Part shown: in pieces, positions 9,577 to 19,647 of the stretch | Position numbering within the stretch: position 1 is the first letter of the stretch | How the letters are laid out: every line of letters begins with the position of its first letter | NCBI GenBank assembly: GCA_963676565.1 | Contig: OY781089.1 | Coordinates: 1,440,001-1,504,000 of the forward strand | DNA length: 64,000 nt | DNA from: Halarcobacter sp. | GTDB taxonomy: Bacteria; Campylobacterota; Campylobacteria; Campylobacterales; Arcobacteraceae | Direction of reading: 5' to 3' | The notes under the pieces: generated by a model | The model's database searches: none | Told to the model about the DNA's origin: nothing | Seen by the model: only the letters and a program-made list of their open reading frames with translations | Position numbers and translations under genes: made by a program

Positions 9577-10478
9577 TTTATTCTCACCTTAATAGAGATT
9601 AATGAATTTATAGGATTAGATAAGTTTTTATCTAATTTAATGTTTGCTTCTTTCATATAGTTTTTTGCACTTATATTGATAGATTCAATTACACCTATTT
9701 TTTTATTATCTATATAAACTTCTTGATTTTGTTTTATATCTTCACTTGCAAATAAAAAACTAAGTTTCTGCTCTTTTGAAACTAATGATAAAATAGGTTT
9801 ATTTACAGAACTTAAATCTCCAATATCAACAGAAATCTCTTCAATAAAACCATCAATAGGAGATTTTAAAGAGTAATATTCTTGAAGATTATTCTTAGAG
9901 TCTAGAAATGCTTGTTGTGAATTTAGTTCATTTTTCTTTGATTCTATTGTTTTTAGAGTTGAGTCATATTTTGCCTTTTTTTGCTCATAAATCACTTCAG
10001 AAAAATTTAACTTATCTTTTGAAATACCACCAATTTTATATAATTTTTTATTTGTTTCAAACTCTTTAAGTGATAATTGCATATCAAGTTTTAAAGAGTT
10101 TAAAGAACTTACAAAAGAATCAACTGATGATTTTAATGCATTAATTGAATAACTAAGTTGTAAAAGAGTTTGTTTATACTCCAAATCATCTATAGAAACT
10201 AGTTTTTGTCCTTTTTTTATCTCTTGATTCTCTTCTACAAATATCTTTGTAATATGTCCTGAAATTTTTGTAGAGATTTTTGGATTTTGCACTGCTTCAA
10301 GCTTTGCACTAAAAGTTTCAAATTTATCCAAACTTTCTTTTTGTTTTGTTTCTAATGGTTTATATACATGAACAAAGGCTTTTTTCTCATTTGAAATTTC
10401 CTCTTTTTTTTCTTTTATTAGTTTAAAACCACCAGTTATAAGTAAAGCCATAATTATAAATAAAGCTATTTTTTTCAT
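9573..10478 (-). CDS. RND periplasmic adaptor (membrane fusion protein)
   Basis: N-terminal TM, lipoyl halves (ISGHITKIFVEENQEIKKGQ; KSPIDGFI) flanking a coiled hairpin. Confidence 0.9.
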   Translation of the reverse strand: MKKIALFIIMALLITGGFKLIKEKKEEISNEKKAFVHVYKPLETKQKESLDKFETFSAKLEAVQNPKISTKISGHITKIFVEENQEIKKGQKLVSIDDLEYKQTLLQLSYSINALKSSVDSFVSSLNSLKLDMQLSLKEFETNKKLYKIGGISKDKLNFSEVIYEQKKAKYDSTLKTIESKKNELNSQQAFLDSKNNLQEYYSLKSPIDGFIEEISVDIGDLSSVNKPILSLVSKEQKLSFLFASEDIKQNQEVYIDNKKIGVIESINISAKNYMKEANIKLDKNLSNPINSLISIKVRIK

Positions 10479-10483
10479 GAATA

Positions 10484-11719
10484 TTATTCCTTAGTTAGAT
10501 ATTGGTAATAGAATCTTGATTTAAAAAGATTGTTATTAGCTTGAATTTGATTTGCAAATATTTGTTGCTCATTTGAAAAGGCTAAAAGATAATCATTTAT
10601 ACTTATTTGATCCTCTTCATATCGTATTTTTTCTATTTGAGTTGTTTTTTGTGCTAGTTTAAATTGTGATATTGCACTATTTAATAGACTCTCATTTTGT
10701 TTTATTAATTCTTGTGATTCTATAATCTTATTTTCATAATCATTTTTTAGTTTTTTATATTCTAATGATGCTTTTAACTTTTCAATTTTTGCTTTTTGCA
10801 GATTTTTTTCTCTTACATTAAAATCAAAAATATTCCAGTTAAGTTGTAAACCTATATTTGAAACAGTCTCTTTTTCACCTTCGCCATAAGTGTTGGAATA
10901 TGCTGCTTCTAAGTTTATTGTTGGATAATATGAAGATAAAGCTTTTTTATAACTCTTATTTGATTTTTTTTCTAAAGATTTGGCAACTTTTATTTGAGAT
11001 AAATTTTCTAAATCATACTCTTTATCCTCATCTTTTAAAGATATATTTTCTAGCTTCTCTAGATTTTTATTTTCCCCATAAATCAATAGAGACAAACTAT
11101 TTTTTAGTATATTTATTTTTGATTTTAGTTCAATTATTTTTGCTTCATTTTTTTTAATATCTGATTGGATTTTAAAAATATCAACTTGAGCTTTTTTACC
11201 ATATTCAAACTCTTTTTCAATAATTTTTTCTAGAGATATTAAAGTTTTTTGGTACTTTTCATAGGATTTTTTAATATTTTGCAAAGATAAAATATCACTA
11301 AATAGACTTTGAGTGTTATATCGCATTTGATTTAAAGTCATTTTCTCTTTTTCTTGTGAAACAAAACTATTTAATTTGGCTATATCAATCTCATTTGTTA
11401 AAGCAAAACCATTAAATAGCGTGACTTTATAAGAAACTCCTATTGTAGATAATTTATCACTTGTAACCACATCACTTGAAATAGGAGGTGCTAAGGGAGC
11501 TAGGGTTCTTTTTTCATTATATTTTGTGATTGAACTATTTAAATTAAATTTTCCAAATTGTGAAGCTTTTTTTTCCTCTTTTGATAAAGATGAAATTTCA
11601 TTTTCATTTTTAGAGATTTTTATATCAAGATTGTTTTGTTCTAAAACTTCTAATGCTTTATCCAAAGTAAGTGCATAAGTTGATGCTAAAAAAGTCAAAG
11701 TTAAAATAATTATTTTCAT
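10484..11719 (-). CDS. TolC family outer membrane efflux protein
   Basis: Signal peptide, LTLDKAL, SSYYPTINL, LNWNIFDF. Confidence 0.92.
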   Translation of the reverse strand: MKIIILTLTFLASTYALTLDKALEVLEQNNLDIKISKNENEISSLSKEEKKASQFGKFNLNSSITKYNEKRTLAPLAPPISSDVVTSDKLSTIGVSYKVTLFNGFALTNEIDIAKLNSFVSQEKEKMTLNQMRYNTQSLFSDILSLQNIKKSYEKYQKTLISLEKIIEKEFEYGKKAQVDIFKIQSDIKKNEAKIIELKSKINILKNSLSLLIYGENKNLEKLENISLKDEDKEYDLENLSQIKVAKSLEKKSNKSYKKALSSYYPTINLEAAYSNTYGEGEKETVSNIGLQLNWNIFDFNVREKNLQKAKIEKLKASLEYKKLKNDYENKIIESQELIKQNESLLNSAISQFKLAQKTTQIEKIRYEEDQISINDYLLAFSNEQQIFANQIQANNNLFKSRFYYQYLTKE

Positions 11720-11816
11720 TGAATCTTCCTATATATTTTTTGGAATCTTAAATAAGAAGTGTTAATAAAGTATAAATATAAACACTTCATTAACAAAACT
11801 ACTCTAAAATTAAATT

Positions 11817-12470
11817 ATGAAAAAGATATTATTGGTTGAAGATGACACTATTTTAGGTGAAACTATTGTAGATATTTTAGAAGATAAAAACTATGAAGTG
11901 ATATGGGTAAAAGATGGAAAACAAGCACTTGATAAAAGTTTTTGCACTAAATATGATTTATATCTATTAGATGTAAATGTACCTTTTATAAATGGTTTTG
12001 AGCTTTTAAAAGATTTAAGACAAAGTGCAGATATGACACCTGCAATATTTATAACTGCATTAGTTGATATAAATAGTTTAGAAAAAGGTTTTGATGTTGG
12101 AGCTGATGATTATATTAAAAAACCTTTTAATGAAAAAGAATTACTAATAAGAATAAATGCTCAAATAAAAAAGAGTTTTAATTCGTATGAAGATATCTTA
12201 AAATACAAAGATTTAGAATATGATATAGGTTCAAAAATATTAAGAAAGAATGGAAAAATAGTACATTTAAGTCCAAGTGAAAGTGAACTTCTAGAACTTT
12301 TTTTAAAAAACCAAGGTAAAATCATCTCAAAAGATGAAATTCTTTTTACTTTAAAAGATGGAGAAATAGGAAGTGATGCCTCACTTAGAGTTCAAATCTC
12401 AAAACTAAAAAAAATTGGTCTTGAACTATCAAATATAAGAGCAGTAGGATATAGATGTGAAAAATTATGA
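11817..12470 (+). CDS. OmpR-family response regulator
   Basis: ILLVEDD, LLDVNVP, GADDYIKKPF, wHTH ending NIRAVGY. Confidence 0.95.
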   Translation: MKKILLVEDDTILGETIVDILEDKNYEVIWVKDGKQALDKSFCTKYDLYLLDVNVPFINGFELLKDLRQSADMTPAIFITALVDINSLEKGFDVGADDYIKKPFNEKELLIRINAQIKKSFNSYEDILKYKDLEYDIGSKILRKNGKIVHLSPSESELLELFLKNQGKIISKDEILFTLKDGEIGSDASLRVQISKLKKIGLELSNIRAVGYRCEKL

Positions 12471-13533
12471 AAAAAAAGCTTTAATAAAATTTACCTCTAT
12501 CTACTTTTTTTTAGTTGCTATTTTAGTTTTAATACTTGGATTTTTATATTATTGGCAGCAACAACATCTAATAATGAAAAAAAGTGTGATGCAGATGCTT
12601 CAATACTCTCAGGTTTTAGTTAAAACAGATTTTAAATATTCTCAAGAAGGTTTTTCTTATGAATTAAAGAAGAACCAAAAAATAGTTTTTGATATACCAA
12701 CTAAAGAAGGGAAGTACTATACAAAAGTATTCCCTATATCAAAGAAAGAGGGTTTTATAAAAGTAAGCACTTTAGCAAAACCAATTGATGAGGAAATTTC
12801 TAAAGTTAAAAAATTTACAATATCCTTGCAAATTATACTTTTAATAGTTTTTCTTACAGTAAGTTATTTTCTTGCAAAGCTCTCTATAAAACCCATGAAA
12901 GAAACAATTTCACATCTTGATAGGTTTATTCTAGATATTATACATGATTTAAATACTCCATCAACTGCTATTATTCTAAATAGTAATTTACTTTTAGAAA
13001 AAGAAGATGATGAAAAAAAAATCAAAAAGCTAAATAGAATAAAAATGTCTGCTGATACAATATCTTCTTTATATAAAAACTTAGAAATAATTTTAAATCA
13101 AAAGTTGTTAAAAGAAAAGATTGATATTGAAAAAATAGTTAAAAATAAAGTTGAAGATTTTAAACTTCTTTTTCCAAAAATAAAATTTGTAATTGATATA
13201 AAACCAAATAGTTACATAAAAACAAATGAAAATGCATTAATTAGAATTTTAGATAATCTTTTAACTAACAGTTGCAAATATTCTAATGAACAAAATCCTG
13301 AAATATATATAGTCTTTGAAAAACAAATATTAAGTGTTAAAGACAATGGTAAAGGTGTAAAATATCCTAAAAAAATCTTTGAAAGATATTATAAAGAGGA
13401 TAATTTAGGCTATGGAATAGGAATGCATATTGTTCATAGACTTTGTGATAATTTAGATATAAAATTATTTATTCAGTCAATTGAAGACTATAAAGGCACT
13501 GAAGTAATATTAAATTTTGACACAATTAATTAG
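12457..13533 (+). CDS. Sensor histidine kinase
   Basis: 2 TM, IIHDLNTP, NLLTNSCKY, DNGKG, GYGIGM; overlaps the regulator gene. Confidence 0.93.
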   Translation: MKNYEKKALIKFTSIYFFLVAILVLILGFLYYWQQQHLIMKKSVMQMLQYSQVLVKTDFKYSQEGFSYELKKNQKIVFDIPTKEGKYYTKVFPISKKEGFIKVSTLAKPIDEEISKVKKFTISLQIILLIVFLTVSYFLAKLSIKPMKETISHLDRFILDIIHDLNTPSTAIILNSNLLLEKEDDEKKIKKLNRIKMSADTISSLYKNLEIILNQKLLKEKIDIEKIVKNKVEDFKLLFPKIKFVIDIKPNSYIKTNENALIRILDNLLTNSCKYSNEQNPEIYIVFEKQILSVKDNGKGVKYPKKIFERYYKEDNLGYGIGMHIVHRLCDNLDIKLFIQSIEDYKGTEVILNFDTIN

Positions 13534-15125
13534 TGAGGAAGACTAATAGTGAATTTTGCTCCATTTGCTATATTTTTTGCGTTTATTGTCCCATTAAATT
13601 GATTTTTAATTATCATTTCTGACATATATAAACCAATTCCCGTTGATGTTTCTTCTTTTTTAGAATTAAAAGGTTTAAAAATATCATCAATAGGGTCAAC
13701 TTTAATTCCTCCTGCATTGTCACTGATAGTTAAAATAATATTATCTTTTGTATCTTTTAGTGTAATTTTAATAAAAGGGTTATCTATTTTTTTTGCTCTT
13801 ATAATATCTATGGTATTTTGTATTATTGATAAAACTATATGTGCTAAACTATTTGAATTACCATAGATTTCTATTTTTGAGTCAATCTCTTTTTTTAATT
13901 TAACTTGGTTAAGTTCTAAAATTGAATCAACTATTTTAAGTGCTTGATTGATTGAAACAATTGGATTAAAAACTGTATTATCAGTTTTTTTATAAAAGTC
14001 TTGAAAGTTAGTAATTGTTTCAGACATAAATTGAATTATCTCTTCATTTTCAATACTCTCTTTTTTTATCTCCTCATCTTTTGTTTTTTTCTTTATATAC
14101 ATGTTATTAAAACTTAGTTGTGTAAGTGGTTGCCTCCATTGATGAGCAATTATAGCAATCATCTCTCCTAAAACTGCAAATTTAGATTGTTGTTCAAGAA
14201 GTTTACTATTTAGTTTTTCATTGGATATATCTTGGATATTTGCAACAATTGCAATATCTTTATTTTCTCCACTTGAGCCAAATGATATACGAATTGGAAA
14301 ATTAATTCCTTCTTTATTAACTGCAACAATCTCTTGAACTTCTCCAATATTAGGATTTTTAGAAATATCAAAATTGGGAATTAGTCTTCCAAAAAGAGGC
14401 TTATTTAACATCTCTTCTTTAGTATAATGAAAAATATTTTGAGCTTCTTTGTTAAATGTTCTTATTCTTAAATTACTATCTAAAGTGATAATAGCATTTG
14501 TACTTGATTCAATTACTGCATTTGAGAACTCTTTTTGAGCAATTAACTCATTGGTTCTTTTATTAATTCTTTTATTTGCTGGCATAAAGATAAAAATAGC
14601 TTCAAAAAGCAATGTTGTTAGTGTCATTATTAGAATGTAAGATTCTACTTGCTGTACTTTTTTTGTATTTTCTTGAGCTTCATTTAAATAAATTAAAACA
14701 GCTTTTTCTAAATCTAAAATAAGATTTTCTGAGTTTTTTAATACATAGTTTTGACTTCTTCCATCTCTATTTATATAAAACCTTTTAGCATGAAATAAAT
14801 ATTTTTTAACTTTTTTATCTAGATTAGTTTCTGAACCATAATAAATTTTAGATAACTCTTTTGACATATTAAATGAAGTTAACTTTTTGTGTGTTTCTTC
14901 CATTTCTGTAATTTTATTTTTTAATCTATCAATCTTATAGTAAATTGCAAAAAAAGCAATCTCCCTTGTAATAATTTTTTGATTACCACTCATGTTTACA
15001 ACTTTTGCATCATTTGATTGTATAGTTAAAAGTTTACTAAGGTTAAAAAATGCAAGTATTGATAAAATAGCAATAATACTTAGTGCTAGTATATATCTTT
15101 TTGTAAAACTAAAATTTTCAAACAT
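13530..15125 (-). CDS. PAS histidine kinase with NarX/PilJ-like periplasmic domain
   Basis: NDAKVVNMSGNQK (P-box-like), PAS, IAHQWRQPL, DNAGG, TGIGL. Confidence 0.88.
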   Translation of the reverse strand: MFENFSFTKRYILALSIIAILSILAFFNLSKLLTIQSNDAKVVNMSGNQKIITREIAFFAIYYKIDRLKNKITEMEETHKKLTSFNMSKELSKIYYGSETNLDKKVKKYLFHAKRFYINRDGRSQNYVLKNSENLILDLEKAVLIYLNEAQENTKKVQQVESYILIMTLTTLLFEAIFIFMPANKRINKRTNELIAQKEFSNAVIESSTNAIITLDSNLRIRTFNKEAQNIFHYTKEEMLNKPLFGRLIPNFDISKNPNIGEVQEIVAVNKEGINFPIRISFGSSGENKDIAIVANIQDISNEKLNSKLLEQQSKFAVLGEMIAIIAHQWRQPLTQLSFNNMYIKKKTKDEEIKKESIENEEIIQFMSETITNFQDFYKKTDNTVFNPIVSINQALKIVDSILELNQVKLKKEIDSKIEIYGNSNSLAHIVLSIIQNTIDIIRAKKIDNPFIKITLKDTKDNIILTISDNAGGIKVDPIDDIFKPFNSKKEETSTGIGLYMSEMIIKNQFNGTINAKNIANGAKFTISLPH

Positions 15126-15200
15126 TGATTTACCTCAATTCTTTTTTGAAGTAATAATGCTATCATAATTTTCTAAATAAAATTTCTTGGGAATTGGAAA

Positions 15201-15887
15201 ATGATAGAAAAATATGAAATAAAATTAAAAAAATCATCTATTCTTTTGGCTGAAGATGAAGATAAGTTAAGAGAAAGTTTTAAAAGAATTTTATTGCTTT
15301 ATGTGGATAAGGTTTATAGTGCTTCAAATGGGGAAGAAGCTTTAGAATTATATAATAAATATAATCCTAATATTTTAATTACAGACCTAAAAATGCCTAA
15401 ATTAAATGGTTTAGATCTAATTAAAACTATAAGAAAAGAAAACGAAGCTATACCAATTATTGTAACAAGTGCTTATACTGATCAAAACTTTTTATTAGAA
15501 TCAATTAAATTATCTTTAATTGAATATGTAGTTAAACCAATAGCAGAAGCTAATCTTTCAAAATTATTAGAAAATTGTGCAAAACAATTGTTAAAGAATT
15601 CGAAGACTATTATTACTTTTACTGATGAATCTTCATATGATTATGATAATAAAAGCTTTAAATTTAAAAATGAAACGGTTCTTCTTACTAATAAAGAAGT
15701 AGAATTTATTGAAATATTACTAGCTCATAGAGGTTCATTAGTAACTAAACATGAGATAGAAGATAAATTATATATTTATGAAGAAGCCCCTTTAAGTGCT
15801 CTAAAAAATCTTGTTTTTAAACTTAGAAAAAAACTAAAAGTTGACATAATTCAAACTGTATCAAAACTTGGATATATGATTAAATAG
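15201..15887 (+). CDS. OmpR-family response regulator
   Basis: LLAEDE, TDLKMP, YVVKP, wHTH; divergent from the kinase and upstream of nosZ. Confidence 0.93.
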   Translation: MIEKYEIKLKKSSILLAEDEDKLRESFKRILLLYVDKVYSASNGEEALELYNKYNPNILITDLKMPKLNGLDLIKTIRKENEAIPIIVTSAYTDQNFLLESIKLSLIEYVVKPIAEANLSKLLENCAKQLLKNSKTIITFTDESSYDYDNKSFKFKNETVLLTNKEVEFIEILLAHRGSLVTKHEIEDKLYIYEEAPLSALKNLVFKLRKKLKVDIIQTVSKLGYMIK

Positions 15888-16008
15888 AAAATTTTATAAA
15901 AAAAAACTACAGCGACTCAAAAGAAACTCAACATAATATACAATTCATTTAAGATTGATAGTTAATAATATAGATTAAGTAAATATTAAATTTACAATAA
16001 TTTATTTA

Positions 16009-16049
16009 TTGATTTTAATCAATTAAAAAGTTTATCAACTTGGTAAACT
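16009..16049 (+). promoter_or_regulatory. nosZ promoter: Nss/Dnr box plus extended -10
   Basis: TTGAT-TTTA-ATCAA (16009-16022), TTTATCAA (16031-16038), TGgTAAACT (16041-16049). Confidence 0.8.
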
Positions 16050-16091
16050 TTTAAGTGTCATCTGACAAATAGTATAGAAGGAGAAGTTAAG

Positions 16092-18689
16092 ATGAAGAAA
16101 TCACAAAGTAAATTTTCTTCAATGCTTTTAGGTACTGCACTTGTAGCTTCAGTTGCTTCTGGAGCTACAAATGAATTATCTAAAGTAATGAAAGAAAGAG
16201 GCTTATCTGAAATTGATGTTATCAGAGCAGCTAAAACTTATAACCCTACAGGGGTAAAAGATAAATATGTTGTATTTTCATCTGGTGGACAATCTGGACA
16301 AGTAATTGTTTATGGTGTACCATCAATGAGAATTCTAAAATACATTGGTGTATTTACACCAGAACCATGGCAAGGTTATGGTTTTGATAAAGACTCTTTA
16401 GAAGTTCTTAGACAAGGTAATATTAGAGGAAGAGAGATTAACTGGGGTGATACTCACCACCCAGCACTTTCTGAAATTGATGGAAAATATGATGGTAAAT
16501 GGCTAGCAATTAATGATAAAGCTAACCCGAGAATTGCAATTATTGATTTAGCAGATTTTGAAACAAAACAAATTGTTCCAAATCCAGTATTTAAATCAGA
16601 TCATGGTGGAGCATTTTTTACTCCAAATTCAGAGTATATTATTGAAGCATCACAATATGCAGCTCCATTTGATAACAATTATCACCCAATTGAAGAGTAC
16701 AAAGAGACTTATAGAGGTGGAGTTACAATGTGGAAATTCGACAATAAAATTGGTCGAATTATGCCAGATGATTCATTTACAATAGAGTTCCCTCCATATC
16801 ACCAAGATTTATCTGATGCAGGTAAAGGTATAAGTTACGGTTGGGGATTTACAAACTCATTTAATACAGAGATGTATACAGGTGGAATTGAAGTTGGTAT
16901 GCCACCAAATGAAGCTGGTATGTCAAGAAATGACACTGACTTCTTACATGTATATAACTGGGAAAAATTAGCTAAATTAGCTGAAAATCCCAAAAATGTA
17001 AAAGTTATAAATAATCATAAAGTTGTTCCTATGGATATTGCAGTTAAAAATAATGCTTTATTTTTAATTCCAGAACCAAAATCACCTCATGGTGTTGATG
17101 TTGATCCAACAGGTCAATACTTAGTTGTTTGTGGTAAATTAGACACTCATGCTTCAGTTTATGATTTTAAAAAAATCAAAAAATTAATTGATAATAAAGA
17201 ATATGCTGGTAAAGACCCATATGGTATTCCAATTTTAGATATGAAAAAATCTTTACATGGACAACTAGAATTAGGTCTTGGGCCTTTACATAACCAATAT
17301 TCTCCAGTTGATGGTGAAATTTATACATCTTTATATGTTGATTCACAAGTTGTAAAATGGAACTTTAAAGATCTGAAAGTTATTGATAAAGAAAACGTTC
17401 ACTACAACATTGGACACTTAGCTGGTATGGAAGGTAAATCTGCGGATCCTCAAGGGGACTATATTATTGCATTAAATAAATTAGCAATTGATAGATTCCA
17501 AAATGTTGGTCCTTTACATCCTCAAAATCACCAGTTAATTGATATTAAAGGTAAAACTATGGATTTACTTGTTGACATGCCACTTCCTTTAGGTGAACCT
17601 CACCAAGCGGTTGCAATTAGAGCAAGTAAACTTCATCCTCATGTAAGATATAAAATGGGTACAAACTCAAAAACTGGTAAAATTCATAAAGGTAAAACAC
17701 TTGCAGGAGAAGAGAGAATTGAAAGAGATGGTAAAAATGTAACTGTTTATGCTACTCTTGTTAGATCTCATATTAATCCTGAAAGAATTACAGTTAACAA
17801 AGGTGATAAAGTTACAATTCATATGACAAATCTTGAAAGAGCTCAAGATGAAACACATGGATTTACAATTGATAACTATGATATTCATGGCTCTCTTGAA
17901 CCAGGTGAAACTACAACATTAGAGTTTACTGCTGATGTTGAGGGTGTTTTCCCTTATTATTGTACAGAGTTCTGTTCTGCACTTCACTTAGAAATGATGG
18001 GTTATATGATGGTTAAAGACCCAGACAAAAAATATGTAAGCGCTCAAAAACTTAAAATGAAAACAATGTCTCCTGAAGAGTTAAAAGCTGAATATGATAA
18101 AACAGTTGCTGTAAATAATGCAACTGATGCAGTTATTCAATCAGTTGTTAAGTTCTTAAAAGACAACAAGTTCCAAGATCATAAAGTTGTAGCAAATCTT
18201 GTTACAGATGCACTTGACCAATATAATAAAATTCCTGAGCAAAAGAAAAAAGCAGATGAAGCATTAAAAGCAGGTGATACTGAAAAAGCAATTTTATTTG
18301 AAAATATGATTTGGCAATTAATGGTTAAAACTGCGGATGTTGGTATTAGAGCAAAAGATACATTAGTAAGAAAAATATCAACAAAACAAAGTGCTGCTGC
18401 TGCAAGAGGTGAAGTAGCATTTGCCGAAGGTGGTTGTAATGGTTGTCACGTGATTGGAAAAGTGTCATCTGGTCCAGATTTAACAGGTGTACTTCAAAGA
18501 CATGAAAATGGTGAACAATGGGTAAGTAACTTTATTTTAGATCCAGAATCTATGTATGATGATCCATATGTAAAAGGTATGATAGATTATTTCAATTTAA
18601 AAATGCCTAATCAACATATGAGTGAAGAAGAAACTAAAGATATTATTGAATATCTAAAATGGATTGAAGAGAACGCTAATCTTTTCTAA
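16092..18689 (+). CDS. nosZ: Clade II (Sec-dependent) cytochrome c nitrous oxide reductase
   Basis: Sec signal; FSSGGQSGQ, WGDTHHP, PKSPHG, GPLH; CuA CTEFCSALHLEM; C-terminal monoheme domain CNGCH...MP. Confidence 0.99.
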   Translation: MKKSQSKFSSMLLGTALVASVASGATNELSKVMKERGLSEIDVIRAAKTYNPTGVKDKYVVFSSGGQSGQVIVYGVPSMRILKYIGVFTPEPWQGYGFDKDSLEVLRQGNIRGREINWGDTHHPALSEIDGKYDGKWLAINDKANPRIAIIDLADFETKQIVPNPVFKSDHGGAFFTPNSEYIIEASQYAAPFDNNYHPIEEYKETYRGGVTMWKFDNKIGRIMPDDSFTIEFPPYHQDLSDAGKGISYGWGFTNSFNTEMYTGGIEVGMPPNEAGMSRNDTDFLHVYNWEKLAKLAENPKNVKVINNHKVVPMDIAVKNNALFLIPEPKSPHGVDVDPTGQYLVVCGKLDTHASVYDFKKIKKLIDNKEYAGKDPYGIPILDMKKSLHGQLELGLGPLHNQYSPVDGEIYTSLYVDSQVVKWNFKDLKVIDKENVHYNIGHLAGMEGKSADPQGDYIIALNKLAIDRFQNVGPLHPQNHQLIDIKGKTMDLLVDMPLPLGEPHQAVAIRASKLHPHVRYKMGTNSKTGKIHKGKTLAGEERIERDGKNVTVYATLVRSHINPERITVNKGDKVTIHMTNLERAQDETHGFTIDNYDIHGSLEPGETTTLEFTADVEGVFPYYCTEFCSALHLEMMGYMMVKDPDKKYVSAQKLKMKTMSPEELKAEYDKTVAVNNATDAVIQSVVKFLKDNKFQDHKVVANLVTDALDQYNKIPEQKKKADEALKAGDTEKAILFENMIWQLMVKTADVGIRAKDTLVRKISTKQSAAAARGEVAFAEGGCNGCHVIGKVSSGPDLTGVLQRHENGEQWVSNFILDPESMYDDPYVKGMIDYFNLKMPNQHMSEEETKDIIEYLKWIEENANLF

Positions 18690-18700
18690 AAAATTCAAAA

Positions 18701-18740
18701 AAGAGAGGGAAAAAAGTCTTAAGCTTTTTTCTTCTTTCTT
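18701..18740 (+). terminator. Probable stem-loop/terminator after nosZ
   Basis: Purine arm AAGAGAGGGAAAAAAG pairs imperfectly with CTTTTTTCTTCTTTCTT. Confidence 0.5.
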
Positions 18741-18780
18741 GATTACCATCAATGAGTAAATTTATCAATTTTGGTAATCT
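18739..18780 (+). promoter_or_regulatory. Internal nosB promoter: Nss/Dnr box plus extended -10
   Basis: TTGAT-TACC-ATCAA (18739-18752), TTTATCAA (18761-18768), TGgTAATCT (18772-18780). Confidence 0.78.
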
Positions 18781-18793
18781 TTTAAATAAGAAA

Positions 18794-18833
18794 TTTTAAA
18801 CTATAAATTATAAAAATAATTTATAGTTTAAAA
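18794..18833. repeat. Perfect 18-bp inverted repeat in nosB leader
   Basis: TTTTAAACTATAAATTAT-AAAA-ATAATTTATAGTTTAAAA. Confidence 0.9.
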
Positions 18834-18852
18834 CTTAAAATGAAGGACAAAA

Positions 18853-19647
18853 ATGCATACTAGTTTTATTAAATCAAAAATTTATGCATCTTTAGCATTA
18901 ATATTGCTAACACTGGCATTTACTTTTCCTATGATTGCATTTCATGGAACATTAAATGCAATTGATGAAGATAGAATTGAAGAAATTTCTCCTCTATCTA
19001 TAAAAACTTGGAATTTTTATAATCAAGGAAGATATAAAAGTACTACTACTCCTTTAGAAGCGCATAATGATTTAGAAAAGATGATAGAAAACTCTGCTGA
19101 AATTGGTGTTGCTTCACTTCCCATTTGGTCTTGTTCTTTAGAAGCACCTAACTACCCTAAAAAAGCATTTCCTGAAGGTATCCCAGTATTTTTCCATTTT
19201 GATGGTTTTAGTGGAGAAGTTCATGAAATGAATACAATTAATCATTATGTAGGAATGGACCCAATGTGGGCAGGAGGTCAAATTGAAAGAGAAATAGGTA
19301 TTTATGCGCTTTTAGGACTTTCTTTATTTATGATTTATTTTATTTTATTTCATAAAAAGATATTAACTTATATTATGTATATTCCAGCTGCATTACCTCT
19401 TCTATTTATTGCTGATTATTCTTATTGGCTTTATTGGTTCGGACACAACTTACATGATTGGGGAGCATTTAAAATAAAACCTTTTATGCCAACAGTTTTT
19501 GGTGATGGAAAAATTGCACAATTTACAACACACTCTTATCCAACAATTGGATTTTATGTAATTTTAGCAATTGGATTTTTCTCATTATTATCAATTCTTT
19601 CTAAAAATAAAGCAATGAAAGAAACAGGTATTAACTATAAGGTTTAA
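18853..19647 (+). CDS. nosB: Clade II nos membrane protein NosB
   Basis: LEAPNYP..EGI, EMNTINHYVGM, WLYWFGHNL, PFMPTVFG.KIAQFTTHSYP. Confidence 0.92.
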   Translation: MHTSFIKSKIYASLALILLTLAFTFPMIAFHGTLNAIDEDRIEEISPLSIKTWNFYNQGRYKSTTTPLEAHNDLEKMIENSAEIGVASLPIWSCSLEAPNYPKKAFPEGIPVFFHFDGFSGEVHEMNTINHYVGMDPMWAGGQIEREIGIYALLGLSLFMIYFILFHKKILTYIMYIPAALPLLFIADYSYWLYWFGHNLHDWGAFKIKPFMPTVFGDGKIAQFTTHSYPTIGFYVILAIGFFSLLSILSKNKAMKETGINYKV

